A stretch of 64,000 nucleotides of DNA from Guillardia theta CCMP2712 (taxonomy: Eukaryota; Protista; Cryptophyta): positions 8,026-72,025 of the forward strand of contig NW_005434662.1 in NCBI RefSeq assembly GCF_000315625.1, read 5' to 3'. Positions 35,915 to 54,557 of this stretch are shown here, one piece after another. The first letter of the stretch is position 1. Every line of letters starts with the position of its first letter. The position numbers and the translations under genes are program-made. Below the pieces are notes generated by a model. The model had not been told where the DNA came from. It saw only the letters and a program-made list of their open reading frames with translations, and ran no database searches.

Positions 35915-36660
35915 CCCTGGCCGCGGGCGACGGTCACCGGGGCAGTCCGTACGGTCACGGTGACTCAGTCACAGCAGCGGCGGGGCCTCAGCCTCTAACG
36001 GTGGCAATCCCGGCGCCGGGCGGCCCGGACAACTGCACGCCGCCGTTACATTGGCCGTTACATTATCAGTTGACCTCTTTAGCCATGAACCAAAAAGGTA
36101 CCAAGAATAGCAGGAGGTTGAAACCCTTGTGATCCCCTACCCCCTAATATACAGGTAAATATAGGGGTACTTCAATACCCCATTCAACTCTTCTGCCCGT
36201 GTTAAATGAGGGTGGTGCTCTAACGCCACCACCCCTTTATTCCCCAACTTGACTTGTGAGAAAGTACCTGGTAATTTAGCTGAAAATTGTGGGTAAATTA
36301 TGGGTAGTGGTCACTACCCCACCACCCTCATAGAATTCCTCTTCGCGACGAAGGGCCGAACCACCCTAACGGCTCCTAAGGCACGAACCCCTGTAAAGAT
36401 TCCCAACAAACTATTCATTCACCCCTTCTAATCACTACAATAGTACCCGTATCAAATATAGTTTCTACCACCCCCACCTGGTCTAATTCTCTCAAACAGC
36501 TCCGACCCCCTAGGCTGTCACCTAATTGTTGGAAGTTCACCCGGCCCCCACCCCACCCTCCTCTTCTAGTCAGGAAGGATCGTATTGGGCCCATCACCAC
36601 CCACCCTAAGGTCCGGACCCCATGTGCCTGAAAATTGATGATTCGACTCCCCCAATTAAA
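35915..36660. promoter_or_regulatory. Short GC island followed by a TACCCC tract upstream of the plastid-targeted gene
   Basis: GGTGACTCAGTCAC at ~35959 and C-run words at 36120-36660. Confidence 0.45.
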
Positions 36661-37273
36661 TTCAAATACCTTGAAATTTCGCCTTTCATTTTGAACATTT
36701 GTACAACATTTGACGTCAACTCTGATTTTCAAAGTCAACTTGAGGACGACCCAGCCAATTTTCTGAAAACAGAGTATCATTCATGAATGAATGAGTTTTC
36801 GTCTTGAAATCAAAACGTCGATGCGGCCATTCAGATATTGTGGTCAAATGTATGTAGTAAATAAGATAATTTGACCGTTTCAGTCTCTAATTTTGGCTCT
36901 GATAATGCGACTACTAAATATTACTACACATGAGACCTCTTGGTATGTAGTAATTTGTGTCAGCTTTCCAGTCTCACGCCAACTTTCTTTAGCATTTGAG
37001 TACCCCACCACACATACCCCACCCCTAGATACCTTCAGCGCCAACTCCCCATCGCAGAATCTCCATATCCACACTTGCTCATCCTCCTGCTCCCGTTCCC
37101 GCTGCTTCTGGTCTACAGCTTGCCTCTGCTTCCTCTACCTCTTACTTCTCATCTTGTCCCTTTTGAAACTCGATTCGTGCTATCTAGCACTGTTTCAAGT
37201 TCTAGTCCCTCACAGCCCCACCTTTCGTGCTAGCTCGAGTACATCTGTCGCCATCGTTTTTCCTTCCTGCACC

Positions 37274-37945
37274 ATGGCTTCCCTTTCAGTTCTCGTGCTC
37301 CTCTTGTCCTTCTCTCTCTCAGATGCCTTCGGTCCTTCCCCGACCTCCCTTCACTTCGGTCGAAACCTCCCGACAATGCGCAGAGGGATCAACGAGGACC
37401 TCAAGATGTCCATGGGTGGTTCCCCCATCCTCCACTTGCTCCTTCCCTGCATGCACAAACTCTCGGGCTTCACCAAGAAGATCGCGCCATCCTTGTCGCT
37501 GAATCTCCACCGGTGAGACTTGGACCTTTGATGATTAGCTTCCTGCTAACGATCCTCGCAGTGATTCCTACGTGGATCGATGGTGGATCGCTGGGAGCTC
37601 TGAGAAGCGCAAGGAGAGGAGGCAGCCTGTAGAGCAGGAGCAGAAGGCGCAAGTTTGTCAGCTCCTGTCAGTCCAGCAGCTCATGACGAAGAAGAGGCTC
37701 GCTGAGGTTTACCTGGGGATGAGCATGGTGAGCCAGGTACAAGCTTATCCTGCCTCTCCTCTCCCGTGCTGATGTCCTTGCGCCAGGAGTTCATCAAACC
37801 CGAATCTTTGATTGTAGATGGGAGGAGGAACGAGCAGGGAGAAGTAGTTGCACATAAGTACCTTGACAAGCTCCTGCAAGGCGTGCCGGACGTTCAGCAG
37901 CAGAAGCAGAGAATCAACGACAGCGTGGAGTCAAGCCAGCTATGA
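37274..37945 (+). CDS. Small putative plastid-targeted hypothetical protein, multi-exon
   Basis: Signal peptide MASLSVLVLLLSFSLSDA|F followed by an S/T/R-rich transit-like region. The last exon EFIKPESL...VESSQL* ends at 37945. Confidence 0.6.
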
Positions 37946-38229
37946 TTCGATTCCGTGCAGCACTTTTTCTTGATTCAAAGATGTCAAGATTTTCCTTTCA
38001 ACTGTTCATAGCCTGCTAACCATGTTTCATGTGCATTTTTCCATTAAATTCAGAGTTAATTTTATCATGTTTCAGTTAATTTCATTCAGATACATCTTTC
38101 AACCAAAAATTTACAGCACTGGAAGGGAGGGACAATCTTGGATGCCCTGTATGCAGCAGGAGCAAAAGGAGGAGGAGGAGGAGGAGGAGAAGGAAAAGAC
38201 AGTAGTGAGGAGGAAGAGAGCTATACAGA

Positions 38230-40675
38230 TCATGATAGCGTGCTTCCATCCTTGCCCACCCACGACACATGGGCGCCAGGAACGAGCTCGAATGCTCCCA
38301 GCCATGCTTTAGTCTGTAAGCTTGTCAGCATGAGGCACGGGGAGCACGAGGGGGGAGGAGAATAACAATAGTGAGAGGAGAGGAACACAAGAGAATGAAG
38401 GAGCTTCGACGACCTCATCAACGGAGTTAGCGGATAGGAAGTGGGTTGTTCCCTTCTTGTTCAGCTCTCCAGTGGTCTTCACCGTGAAGACAGTCCCTGT
38501 CCACATATCAGAAGCGGCAAGCCTTGAGCGGGGACAGAAGGTGTAATAACAAGCAGAGGTAGAGAAAGAGGGAGCAGCAGAGGCGGTAGAAATGTTTGTG
38601 CCGAAGCCTCACCTTGCACAAACTGGATGGTCGCGTTGGTCACATGAACTTTTTCCACCTTCTCGTCCCTCTCTGTGAAACACAAGGTTGAGCAAACCCA
38701 ACACAGCACACGCCGAGCTGGATACCAGCTGCATGCCGATCATGATACAACTCAAGGAGATAAGCGAAGTCGATGTCATGCTGTTTGCAGATGAGGACGC
38801 AGAAGCTGCGGCACCCAGGTAAGGCAACATTCCCTCCCACCCTCCCTCCCCAAACTCACTGGTCATGCCACTCCTTCTGCTTCTTCTGCAACCTCGCCAG
38901 GTGTCCCGCCATCAAGGAGCCAGGGAAGGCCGCGCGATCTTCCAGGCTGCTCACCGACATGGACGGCGACTTGGGGGCTGAGGACATGTAGTGAGCTTCT
39001 TGCCCGTGAGGCGCCAGCTGGTGCCCCTGCTGAGACGCGAGATGACTGGGCGAAAACTGAGGCTCGGGGTGACTTGGAGGGACGGCAGGAGGGACGGCTG
39101 GGTTCGAGGGGGCGGGGGCGTAGCTCGTATGCTCCTGCCACAGAGTCAACGAGGTCCAGGGCACCGCAAGGTCACCGGCTCCTGCAGACCCTCCAGCTGG
39201 TAAGGCTGGTATAGCTGATCTACACGCGCTGAAGATGCCACCGGAATGTCCGTCGGGATCTCATCAAATTGATCTGCTGGACCAGGTCAGGCATCTTCCA
39301 GCTGCACCTGAGCTAACAGATTCGGTTCTCACCTGCTTCCCTGTGGGGGACCTGGTGGCCCATGGTGAAGGAGTGGGAGTGTGCTCCGACAGCAGTCATC
39401 CCCTCGTTCAGTACTGGCATGCTCGATGAGAACGCTCCCCTACTCAGGTCGATCGCATGCCCGCTAGACAGTACAGGTCCACCATCTGCTCTCAGTCCGT
39501 TTGCAGGAACGGGCATGGCGGAAGGTTGCAGAGCATGAGAGTCTTGGACTGGATAAGAAGGTGCAGGAGTAGATTTCCATTGTGTTTGCAAGGGAACATC
39601 TTCGTTGAGAATGCTTATCCTCCTTGGAGGCTCGGCAGGAATGACGCTGTTGCTGCTGCTCCCAGGTTTCCAAGCTGCTCCGACACTGACGTGGTTGTTC
39701 GTCTCGCTGCTCCAAGCAGGTTCTACAGGGTTTACCACCTCGAATTCTGAATCAGCTTCGTCTGCTTGCAAGTCTGGAATGACAAACGCTGTTTTCTCGT
39801 CATCAGTAGTCAAAACAGGCTCAGAAAGAAATACCTGAGGTTTTGGTCTGCTTCAAGGGAGGAGAAGCGGTGGGCTTCAGCAGGGTGTACACATTCTTCA
39901 CTTCTAGATCAAGTTTGGGCAGCGATGTTGCTTCTTCCTTGTTCACATAAGTCTGATTGCTTGAGTTGTTCAATCTGACCATGGGCGAGAGGGGAACAGT
40001 CCTGTTGCCATTCCAGGAATTCTCAATCACAGGGCCATTCGATCCAATCGGACGGCTGAGAATGTCAACATTCTGGATACCCTGAGGAGGTGTATATCTA
40101 TTGAATATGTCATTTCCATTCCCATTCTCAATGTTATTTTCGTTCTTCTTCTCATATCTCCCCTTGAACACGCGCTGTTGCTTGATTCGTACTTCCTCCT
40201 TGCGGATCTTAACCTGATAGTCGTGGATCAGAGGTGACTGTGCTTCTAGTTCTCCCAGGTTACAAACTACAGTGGAGTGAATCTCTTGTGTTGGTGGATT
40301 GTACAGTGCAAACGGCTCTCTCCCGTTCGCCTTTGGGGGAAGTCCATTAGCATGAGTTGCCTTGGAAATTGCTTTTTGCGGGTTCACAGGGTACATACTT
40401 GCAACCTCATTCAGCTTCTGCGTGTTGATCTGGGGCTGCGGGATGTCATAGCCGTAGGGGATGTCGTAACTGATGGATTCATGATACTCAGCGCTGTCGT
40501 CTGCGGCACGCGATCCATTCCCGGATGACGCTGACCTAAGGCTGGTAGCTTGCGGGAGCGAACTCCTGCCCTGTGGAAGTGACGGAGGCGCATCATGTGA
40601 TGTATGACCGTCTAGAAGTCGATCCGGGTGAGAATCGGACTTCCTGCCCTTGAACAGACGCTTGAGAAACCCCAT
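38230..40675 (-). CDS. Disordered Pro/Ser-rich protein with probable C-terminal PH domain, multi-exon
   Basis: ORFs of 284 and 166 aa joined by a GT-AG intron (..TSA FVIPDLQ). The C-terminal exons FTVKTTG..THFLSANSVDE|TKAWLGAF resemble a PH C-terminal helix. Confidence 0.6.
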
Positions 40676-41219
40676 CTTCAGACTTGCCTCGAATCCTTTC
40701 TCATACCTCTCCCCCGAGCTTCTCCCTTGCTAAAACGCAGAGATACTCTATCCAAACAAGAGAGAGAAGGATTCAACTCCAAGAGCTTCGATCCCTGCAC
40801 AGCAATGTACAAGCTTCTTTTCTGATATGCTGGAACTGGGCAGGTGCCGTTATGGTGTCGCAAACTAGAGGCTTTAGTTCTTCACCAATCGTAGAGGTCT
40901 CGAGGTCACTGGCAGGACGGTATGTTGTGGAGGGCAAATAGATAGATGGGTGCAAGCAGTGAGAAGGGTTCAGAAAGCTCAACTGTGAGGTAAAGAGGGA
41001 TGTGCTTGTTAAATAGCTGTAGGAGCTTGAAACGAAGAAGTGCAGCCAGGTTGACCGATTGTGGAGAAGAGAGAGTGGGAGGACGATGAGGACGGAGGAT
41101 ACAGACTGCAAGGACAAGGAAGTCGGAGAGGGAGAAAGAGAAGCTTCGAAAGAGAAGGGAGAGCAGCACTGCTAGATGCGCTTGTTGCCTAGCCGATGCT
41201 GCATGAAGGATGAAGACGG

Positions 41220-41970
41220 CAAGGGGTAGTAGCAAGGCATCAGGGGGGTACTAGGTATATCCATAGGGTCCCATCGGCCACTTTACCCATGACTTTAGGG
41301 GTGGTAGATCGTGTCTCGTTTATACAAAGTGCAAGGGGTGGGTACTTAGGTCTATTGGGAAGGGGTACCAGAAATTATCACCGGTTATCGTTTGAAAGAT
41401 TGGGGTCCAAATATACTTTGTTGGAGAGTGCAGGGGTAGGTCAACAAATCTTGAAGGGGTGGGTTTCAGAATGAGGGTGGTGTGCATTCCGATGGGGTAG
41501 TCTCCTGTCAAATTAGGGTACCACAAGAAGGAAACAGGGGGTGTATACCATGAGGGGTAGTGTCAATTACTGGAAAATGAGGGGTAGTGAGAAATGAAGG
41601 GTCATTGGGTGGGGTAGATTTTACAGGGGGGTAGGGGTGAAACTTTCGGAGAGACTCTGGGACGATGATTGACCGAGGGTGGTCTAGGGGGTAGTAGCCT
41701 GGTCTAACGGCAGATCTTGAAGGTGGGGTAGATCATTGTGGCTGGGTGTGCAAAGGTAGGTAGTTTTCACCTAGAAAGAAGGGGTCGGGGAAACCTCGAC
41801 CAGACAGGGGGTAGTTGGTGATGAGGGTGGTACAGCTGGGGGTGGAGTAGGAGGAATGGGGACTGGTGTGTAACCTAACGATGGGAGGAGGGTGGGTGGT
41901 TATGAGGGGTAAATGGAGCTCGAGAGATGGGTAGGGGTACTGGGGAGGTCGAGGATTGCAGGGGTAGTGA
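41220..41970. other. GGGGTA/GGGTGG-rich strand-skewed tract
   Basis: Many GGGGTAG, GAGGGT and GGGTGG words. Confidence 0.6.
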
Positions 41971-42079
41971 TTTCACAAACTATTCAATTGTTATTTGAAA
42001 AACTTTACCAGAAATACTTACAGTTTGAACACAAAACCGGAAGGTTTGAGACTTTGGCTGAAACCATTTGACAGTGATG

Positions 42080-42760
42080 TCACCACACGTTGCCGGGTCA
42101 CGGGGGTGCTCAATCGCAGACTGGCAGGCTTTGAGGGGTACTGACCGCGGCGGCTTCAGGCCGGTACCGGGGACCGTGACCCGGCCTACTAGGCCGCACG
42201 GTCCGGCGGGGCCCGGGCCGAGCCGCCTTACTACTACCGGCGGCGAGTTAGTTCCCTGCCAGTGCCAGCCTGGCACTGGGCCGCCTGGGCCCCAGTCGAG
42301 TGGCACTGCGGCCCGGGCCCGGAGCGGCGGCGCCGATGATGGCGCCGGCGGAACTTCCCGGAATCCGGCGGCACCGGGGTGACCATCGGACATTACAGTG
42401 ATGAGTCGTGGCACGGCGAGTCAACTTGGCTTAGGCTTCAAGGCTTGACAGTGACGGGCCCGGCCGCCCGGCCGCCGTTACGGCCCGGCAATCGCAGCCT
42501 GATTCAGTCACTGAGTGAAGTTCGGAGCTTCAAGTCAAGTTTTGCAACCGTTTAGTACTAACGGTTAGCAGGACACGGTGACCCATCCCAGTCACTGAGT
42601 GACCGGGTGCCGCCACTGCGATGATAAAGCCCCGGCGGACCGTGCTCCGTGACTCCGAGGCCGCCGGGCCGAGTTTCAGTCGGCTGAGCGCTCGGCCCGG
42701 GCCGGACCGCCGCGCCGGGGCCGCCGGGGCCGGCGGCCACGGCGCCGCCGACTCGATGCC
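42080..42760. promoter_or_regulatory. GC/CpG-rich island between divergent PH and coiled-coil genes
   Basis: Extreme GC content, with CAGTCACTGAGTGA twice (~42505, ~42589). Confidence 0.5.
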
Positions 42761-43273
42761 ATCAAAGTTTGGCGTCAGTTTGTAACTGTCTAGTCAGAAA
42801 GTTGTAACGGCGCCTCCGGAACATGTTTGGGCAGCGATCAGGCAGTGGGGATGGAGACGAACGGGAGAGGACGGGAGGGAGTTGGGACTTGTTGGACAGA
42901 CTCAGAGGATACTGGCCTGGTAGACAGGAGCCTTGAAATAAGGACAGGGCCACGCATGTAAGGCGAAGAGGGAAGAAGGAGGCAGATATCAGGATGGCGC
43001 CAGTTCATCCTAGGAACAAGGGAGCCTGAGAGTTGAACGCAGGGAAGAACTTGGAAGATGATAAGAGGAGGAAGATGAGAAGAGGAGAGGGCAAGGAGAA
43101 AGGAATGAGAAAGGAACCATGAACAAGGGAGGAAGCTATAGCATGTAGGAGTTGCTTTTTGAATCTGTCATCTCGCTCTAACTTGTTTTGAAACAGCAAC
43201 GACAAAGAAATGTCTCTCTGCCTGTGCATGACCTTCACGCCCGTGCTATCCCAACAGGCTTGAACGAGTCTGC

Positions 43274-49579
<6,306 letters not shown>

Positions 49580-49837
49580 TCCCAGCAAAAGGCTTCTCTT
49601 CGATAGTCTAGGAGATGGTATCACTCTCCTCTCCTTTCCTTTCCTCTCCTCTCCTCTCCTTTCCTTTCCTCTCCTCTCCTCTCCTCTCCTCTCCTCTCCT
49701 CTCCTCTCCTCCCCAGTCCTGTCCTGTCCTCTGCTCTGCTCTCCTGTCCTCTTCTGTCCTCTCCTGTCCTGCTCCTTCTCCACCTACCTCCCTCTCCTCC
49801 TTGCTCTGTCTGCAGCCTTTCCCCCTGCTTCTCCTGC

Positions 49838-50398
49838 NNNNNNNNNNNNNNNNNNNNNNNNNNNNNNNNNNNNNNNNNNNNNNNNNNNNNNNNNNNNNNN
49901 NNNNNNNNNNNNNNNNNNNNNNNNNNNNNNNNNNNNNNNNNNNNNNNNNNNNNNNNNNNNNNNNNNNNNNNNNNNNNNNNNNNNNNNNNNNNNNNNNNNN
50001 NNNNNNNNNNNNNNNNNNNNNNNNNNNNNNNNNNNNNNNNNNNNNNNNNNNNNNNNNNNNNNNNNNNNNNNNNNNNNNNNNNNNNNNNNNNNNNNNNNNN
50101 NNNNNNNNNNNNNNNNNNNNNNNNNNNNNNNNNNNNNNNNNNNNNNNNNNNNNNNNNNNNNNNNNNNNNNNNNNNNNNNNNNNNNNNNNNNNNNNNNNNN
50201 NNNNNNNNNNNNNNNNNNNNNNNNNNNNNNNNNNNNNNNNNNNNNNNNNNNNNNNNNNNNNNNNNNNNNNNNNNNNNNNNNNNNNNNNNNNNNNNNNNNN
50301 NNNNNNNNNNNNNNNNNNNNNNNNNNNNNNNNNNNNNNNNNNNNNNNNNNNNNNNNNNNNNNNNNNNNNNNNNNNNNNNNNNNNNNNNNNNNNNNNNN
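49838..50398. other. Assembly gap (N run)
   Basis: Run of N. Confidence 0.99.
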
Positions 50399-50547
50399 CC
50401 TCCTCCCTCCTTCCTCCCCCTCCCTCCCTCCCTCCCTCCCTCCCTCCCTCCCTCCCTCCCTCCCTCCCTCCCTCCCTCCCTCCCTCCCTTACCCACCCTC
50501 CTCTTCTTCTTCCATCTTCCTCCCTTTTCCTGCTCCCGGCCTCTTAC

Positions 50548-51116
50548 CTTGCGATATCTTCATAGAACTCTTTGAAGTAGAGCCCGATCCCTGGCCCGCA
50601 CTCGATGGGGTCCGAGATGTCCATAATGATCACGTCGAACTTGGGCCCGTCCCACTCCTGCAGGAAGGCCATGGCGTCCTTGTAGTGGATCTCAAACCTC
50701 TTGTCCTCGTACACGCCCTTGTTCCACTCGGGAAGATGCTCCCTACACATCTTACAGGCGATCTCGTCCAAGTCGCACATCACGACCCGCTCGACCGACT
50801 TGAAGCGCAGAACCTCCCGGGCCGTCGCTCCCTCTCCTCCTCCCCCGATGAACACCGTCTTCGGGCTGCCATGCGCGAGGATCGCAGGGTGCACGAGCGA
50901 CTCATGGTAGATGTGCTCGTCCGTCTGCGAGCTCTGCGTGTGGTCGTCGAGGACAAGGGTCTTACCAAAGGGCACGGTGGAGACGATCTGAACCCTCTGG
51001 AAGGGAGAGACAGCGTCGAAGTTGATCTTTGTCAAGGACATCTTGAGCAGAAGCTCCTCTGTCACTTGCTCCTCGTACCAGAACCCATTGCATCGAACGT
51101 TTGATTGGAGAGCCAT
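50548..51116 (-). CDS. Polyamine aminopropyltransferase, thermospermine synthase (ACL5)-like; 5' exon only, remainder presumably in the gap
   Basis: QSSQTDEHIYHESLVHPA..KTVFIGGGGEGATAREVL..VVMCDLD..FDVIIMDISDPIECGP..LYFKEFY. The GGGEG and DP-x-E-x-GP motifs are ACL5-type. Donor AAG|GTAAGAG at 50547. Confidence 0.85.
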
Positions 51117-51819
51117 TATCCCACCGGCACCTGTTCAGCAGTGTGAGATATCAGAGAAAGCGCAGGAGCAGCAGAGGAAGCGATTCAAGTCTTTGACCGC
51201 AGAAAACAACGAGACGGCTCTAAGAGCCTCAGTGAACGGGACGACAAGAAAGACTTCATGCGGAGACAAGAGAAAATGATTGCAAAGAGCGCACAAAGGA
51301 AAAATCCCTGGAAATCAGTTGACCGTGATGAGCAGTGGAGATAAATCACGATCGAGAGATGATGTAGAGAGGAAGAAATGAGTAAGATAGCTTTGATAAG
51401 GAGGACGTGGAGGGTAGGAGTGCCGGTATAAGGAGGCCGAGGCTACTTCGAAGTTTTCAAAGTAGCACAAACATGGCAGAGAAGACAAGACGGCGGGTGT
51501 AGCAGGGGGAGAGGACTCTGGTGTGAGTTCGCTAAGAGGATGAGAGACGAGAAGAGGTGGCGAGCAGGAAGCAAGAGGCTGCGATGACGTAGTGCAGGAA
51601 ACAAACAGCAACCACGCGCACGGCCCCAAAAGTGGAGGAGGGGAAGGTGTCGGCGAGGGAGCAGGAGCACAACGACAAGGAAGGAAGCGAGAGGAGAAGA
51701 GGGAGGGAGTAGAAAGAGCTGTGCTGCATCACAAAGTTGCGCTGCTGCTGCAGGCACGGCAGAGCCAGGGAGAGCGGAGGATGGAGGATGCCGGCATACA
51801 CAACAGGATCTTGAGCAAG

Positions 51820-52495
51820 TCAGGGGGTAGGGGTACTTCTAATCCACCCTAGTACCCTATATTTTGACTCTAATTTTAGGGTAGTTAAAAAGGAGTAAGG
51901 GTACTTGTTGGGACCACTAATGCACGTGAGGTTTAGCTCATACCAAAAACCTCAAACAAACACGATGACCACCCACCTCAGTCATAGTACTGAGTCTATG
52001 AGGACCGGTTCTATCAAGGGACAAAGTACCCGTACATCGGTGGAATAGATCACCCCGACGGCCATACCGTCACTGCCGCATCGGCTCAGTAGCAACTGGG
52101 GGAGTCCCCGACTCGAGCCCGATCAGCCTTCACGGTCACGTCAACGGTTGAGTAAAGTTATTCCCCCACTGAGGCTGCCAAGCTCGGCGGCGTGACGGCA
52201 TGACCGTGACTCACCGTGCCGGTCAGCCTTTCAAGCCGGGCCGGGCCGGGCGGACTGAGTCCGGGAGCCTGAGGCCTCAGTGAGTCCCCGGATCGGAGTC
52301 CGGCCCAATGACGGTCCCGGACCGTCACCCCGGCGGCGGCCGGGTGCCCGGGCCGCGGCCCGCGAACGGGGGCCAGCCGCAGGCCGCGGCGCGGCGGCTG
52401 CGCCCCGCACTGCACTCAGTGACTGCGGCAGCCTGCCGGCTGACCGTGAGTGAGGACCCCGGCCCCAGTGCCCGCCGCCGCCGTACTAGGCTACT
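51820..52495. promoter_or_regulatory. GGGGTA tract plus GC island between divergent ACL5-like and LRR genes
   Basis: G/C-run tract at 51820-52060 and GC island at 52060-52495. Element 3'-end word TTGAGTAAAG at 52148-52157. Confidence 0.5.
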
Positions 52496-53765
52496 AGTGA
52501 TCGAGGTTGATGGTGGCGTGTTTGCTGGGCTCAAAAGCTTGCGCACAATCAATCTTCGAAGGAACCACATCACCAATCTATCTGCGAGTGTGTTTCAAGG
52601 GCTGCCGAATCTAAGTGAGATATACATAGATGCCATTGCGCTGGTGAGCGTGTTTCAGAATGACATCTCAGTACTCAACAACATTCACAACCTGAATGTA
52701 TACAACAACCCTTATCAATCTGTGAGGCAGCTTCCATCAGGAATCTTCAGCAACATGACGAGAGTGACGGGATTGAGGATGGAAGTAGTTGACGATGAAT
52801 TCTTGTATGAGGACATGTTCATTGGGCTTTCGAGCTTGCGGAATCTCATGCTTTCCTACAATCAAATTTCCACTCTACCGAACGGGGTTTTCAACGGGCT
52901 GTCAGGTTTGCAGACTCTCGACCTTCAAAGAAATCGGATATCAAGCTTGTCTGCTAGTGTATTTGACGTGCTTTCAAACCTGGACCACCTCACTATCGAT
53001 GCTAGTGCTCTGGCGATTGTTTACCAGGAACAGGATTTCATGTCGTTGTTGGAACGCCTGACACGCTTTGATGTTTACAACGATCTGCCAAAAGACTTTT
53101 TGCCAATCTTTCAAGACAGCGTGAGGAATATGTCGCGACTGAAAACCTTGACGTTGAGAGGTATTGATGATACCTGCTTGCAGACGGACATCTTTGCAAG
53201 GCTGTCGGCCTTGACTACTCTTGATTTAGCCTGGAATAGTCTGTCGAGTCTTACAGAAGGTGTCTTCAACGGTCTGTCGAGGTTAGACTCCCTTTATCTC
53301 GAGTCGAACCGACTCATTGACATCTCGACGGGCGTTTTCTCTCCGCTGTCAAGCTTGCACTCTCTCTACCTCTACAGAAATCAGCTGACCAAGATTTCAG
53401 CGGGCGATTTACGCGGGTTGTCCACCTTGACTCGGCTTGACCTCAGCAACAACCTGCTCACCTGTGTCTCCTCGAACGCCTTCACTCAGCTCACGAACCT
53501 TGCAGATCTCAGACTCAATGCAAACGATCTCAACTGCTCTGACCCTTACTGGCCTTCCTTCACTGTGCTAGACTCAGGCCTCGACCGCTGCACCGTAGAG
53601 ACATTTTGCCCAGATCCTTACAGCTCTACTTTCAGCTCTACTTCCAGCTCTACTTCCACATCCGAGCCATCTTGCTCCCTCCAAGTCTCCTGGCAATTCA
53701 TCGTTGATAATGAGCTTGACGACTCTCACCTCGCCAGCTTATTTCCCCAGCTACATCACAGGTGA
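52308..53765 (+). CDS. Extracellular-type leucine-rich repeat protein, apparently 5'-truncated
   Basis: Many LxxLxLxxNxIxxLxxGVFxGL repeats from ~52500, a Cys cap and an S/T-rich stalk. The first ~63 codons are GC-island sequence. There is no signal peptide, and downstream exons (to ~54123) are ambiguous. Confidence 0.7.
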   Translation: MTVPDRHPGGGRVPGPRPANGGQPQAAARRLRPALHSVTAAACRLTVSEDPGPSARRRRTRLLVIEVDGGVFAGLKSLRTINLRRNHITNLSASVFQGLPNLSEIYIDAIALVSVFQNDISVLNNIHNLNVYNNPYQSVRQLPSGIFSNMTRVTGLRMEVVDDEFLYEDMFIGLSSLRNLMLSYNQISTLPNGVFNGLSGLQTLDLQRNRISSLSASVFDVLSNLDHLTIDASALAIVYQEQDFMSLLERLTRFDVYNDLPKDFLPIFQDSVRNMSRLKTLTLRGIDDTCLQTDIFARLSALTTLDLAWNSLSSLTEGVFNGLSRLDSLYLESNRLIDISTGVFSPLSSLHSLYLYRNQLTKISAGDLRGLSTLTRLDLSNNLLTCVSSNAFTQLTNLADLRLNANDLNCSDPYWPSFTVLDSGLDRCTVETFCPDPYSSTFSSTSSSTSTSEPSCSLQVSWQFIVDNELDDSHLASLFPQLHHR

Positions 53766-54557
53766 GTTGCCCCAGAGTCGCTCCAAGCAATGACCAGGTG
53801 CTGGCGCCTGCAGGGGGCCTGGGCAAGCGAATGACGGACGAAGAGGAGGTGTGGGTGTGCGAGTACGGGCATGTCTGCGCCATGGTAGACGCCGAGAGCC
53901 TTGAGAGGAGGAGACGTTTGACACGTACTTAGCCGCAGGGCAGCAACGCATCGGTAATAGACGCTTACTGCTTCATCTACAACGAGCAACGGTCAGGAGG
54001 GAGGCGGAATGGTAGGAGGTGAGGGAGACTGACCAGATTCGTCGCACACGCAGGGGAGCGTTTCGGGCGTGGGGGCTGGCTTCAGAGCTGGGACTTGCAC
54101 AGCACAACACGTGGGCAAGGTGATGAGAGCAATGCGGTCGGAGTTTGTATTTTAAGGATGAAATGGTAGAATGGTATCTGATAAAGTGTTGAGAATTGAA
54201 ACGAGCCGAGGCTCTCGACCTGGTGGTCTTATCTTCCTTGTTGAACTTTTCTTTGAGGGTGCGAGGAGGAGAACGTTCAGAAGGATGGGAAAGAGGATTG
54301 GGAGAAGGATTGAGGTGTCGGACTCAACAATGGCACTTGAAAATGAGGATGAACGCTGTGCTGGATTCCTAGTTGCCGCGTGTAAGTTGTCGAATGTCCA
54401 GGATTTTTGAAGAATCAAGAGGAGAACGGGCATTGAATGCAAGTTTCATTAGCTGACCACAATAGGTAATCAAAAAGAAAAACAGAACGTGTGCCAACCT
54501 AACGCGTTACTTGAGTCAGGGGGGCATGAGCATACCTGGTCGCACATCAACCTTGGC

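Noticed and set aside
41290-41520. Interstitial telomere array
   Set aside because: Only isolated TTAGGG/TTTAGGG words, not tandem.
49615-50565. Long ORFs spanning N runs (also 61911-63008)
   Set aside because: Artefacts of assembly gaps and flanking SSRs.
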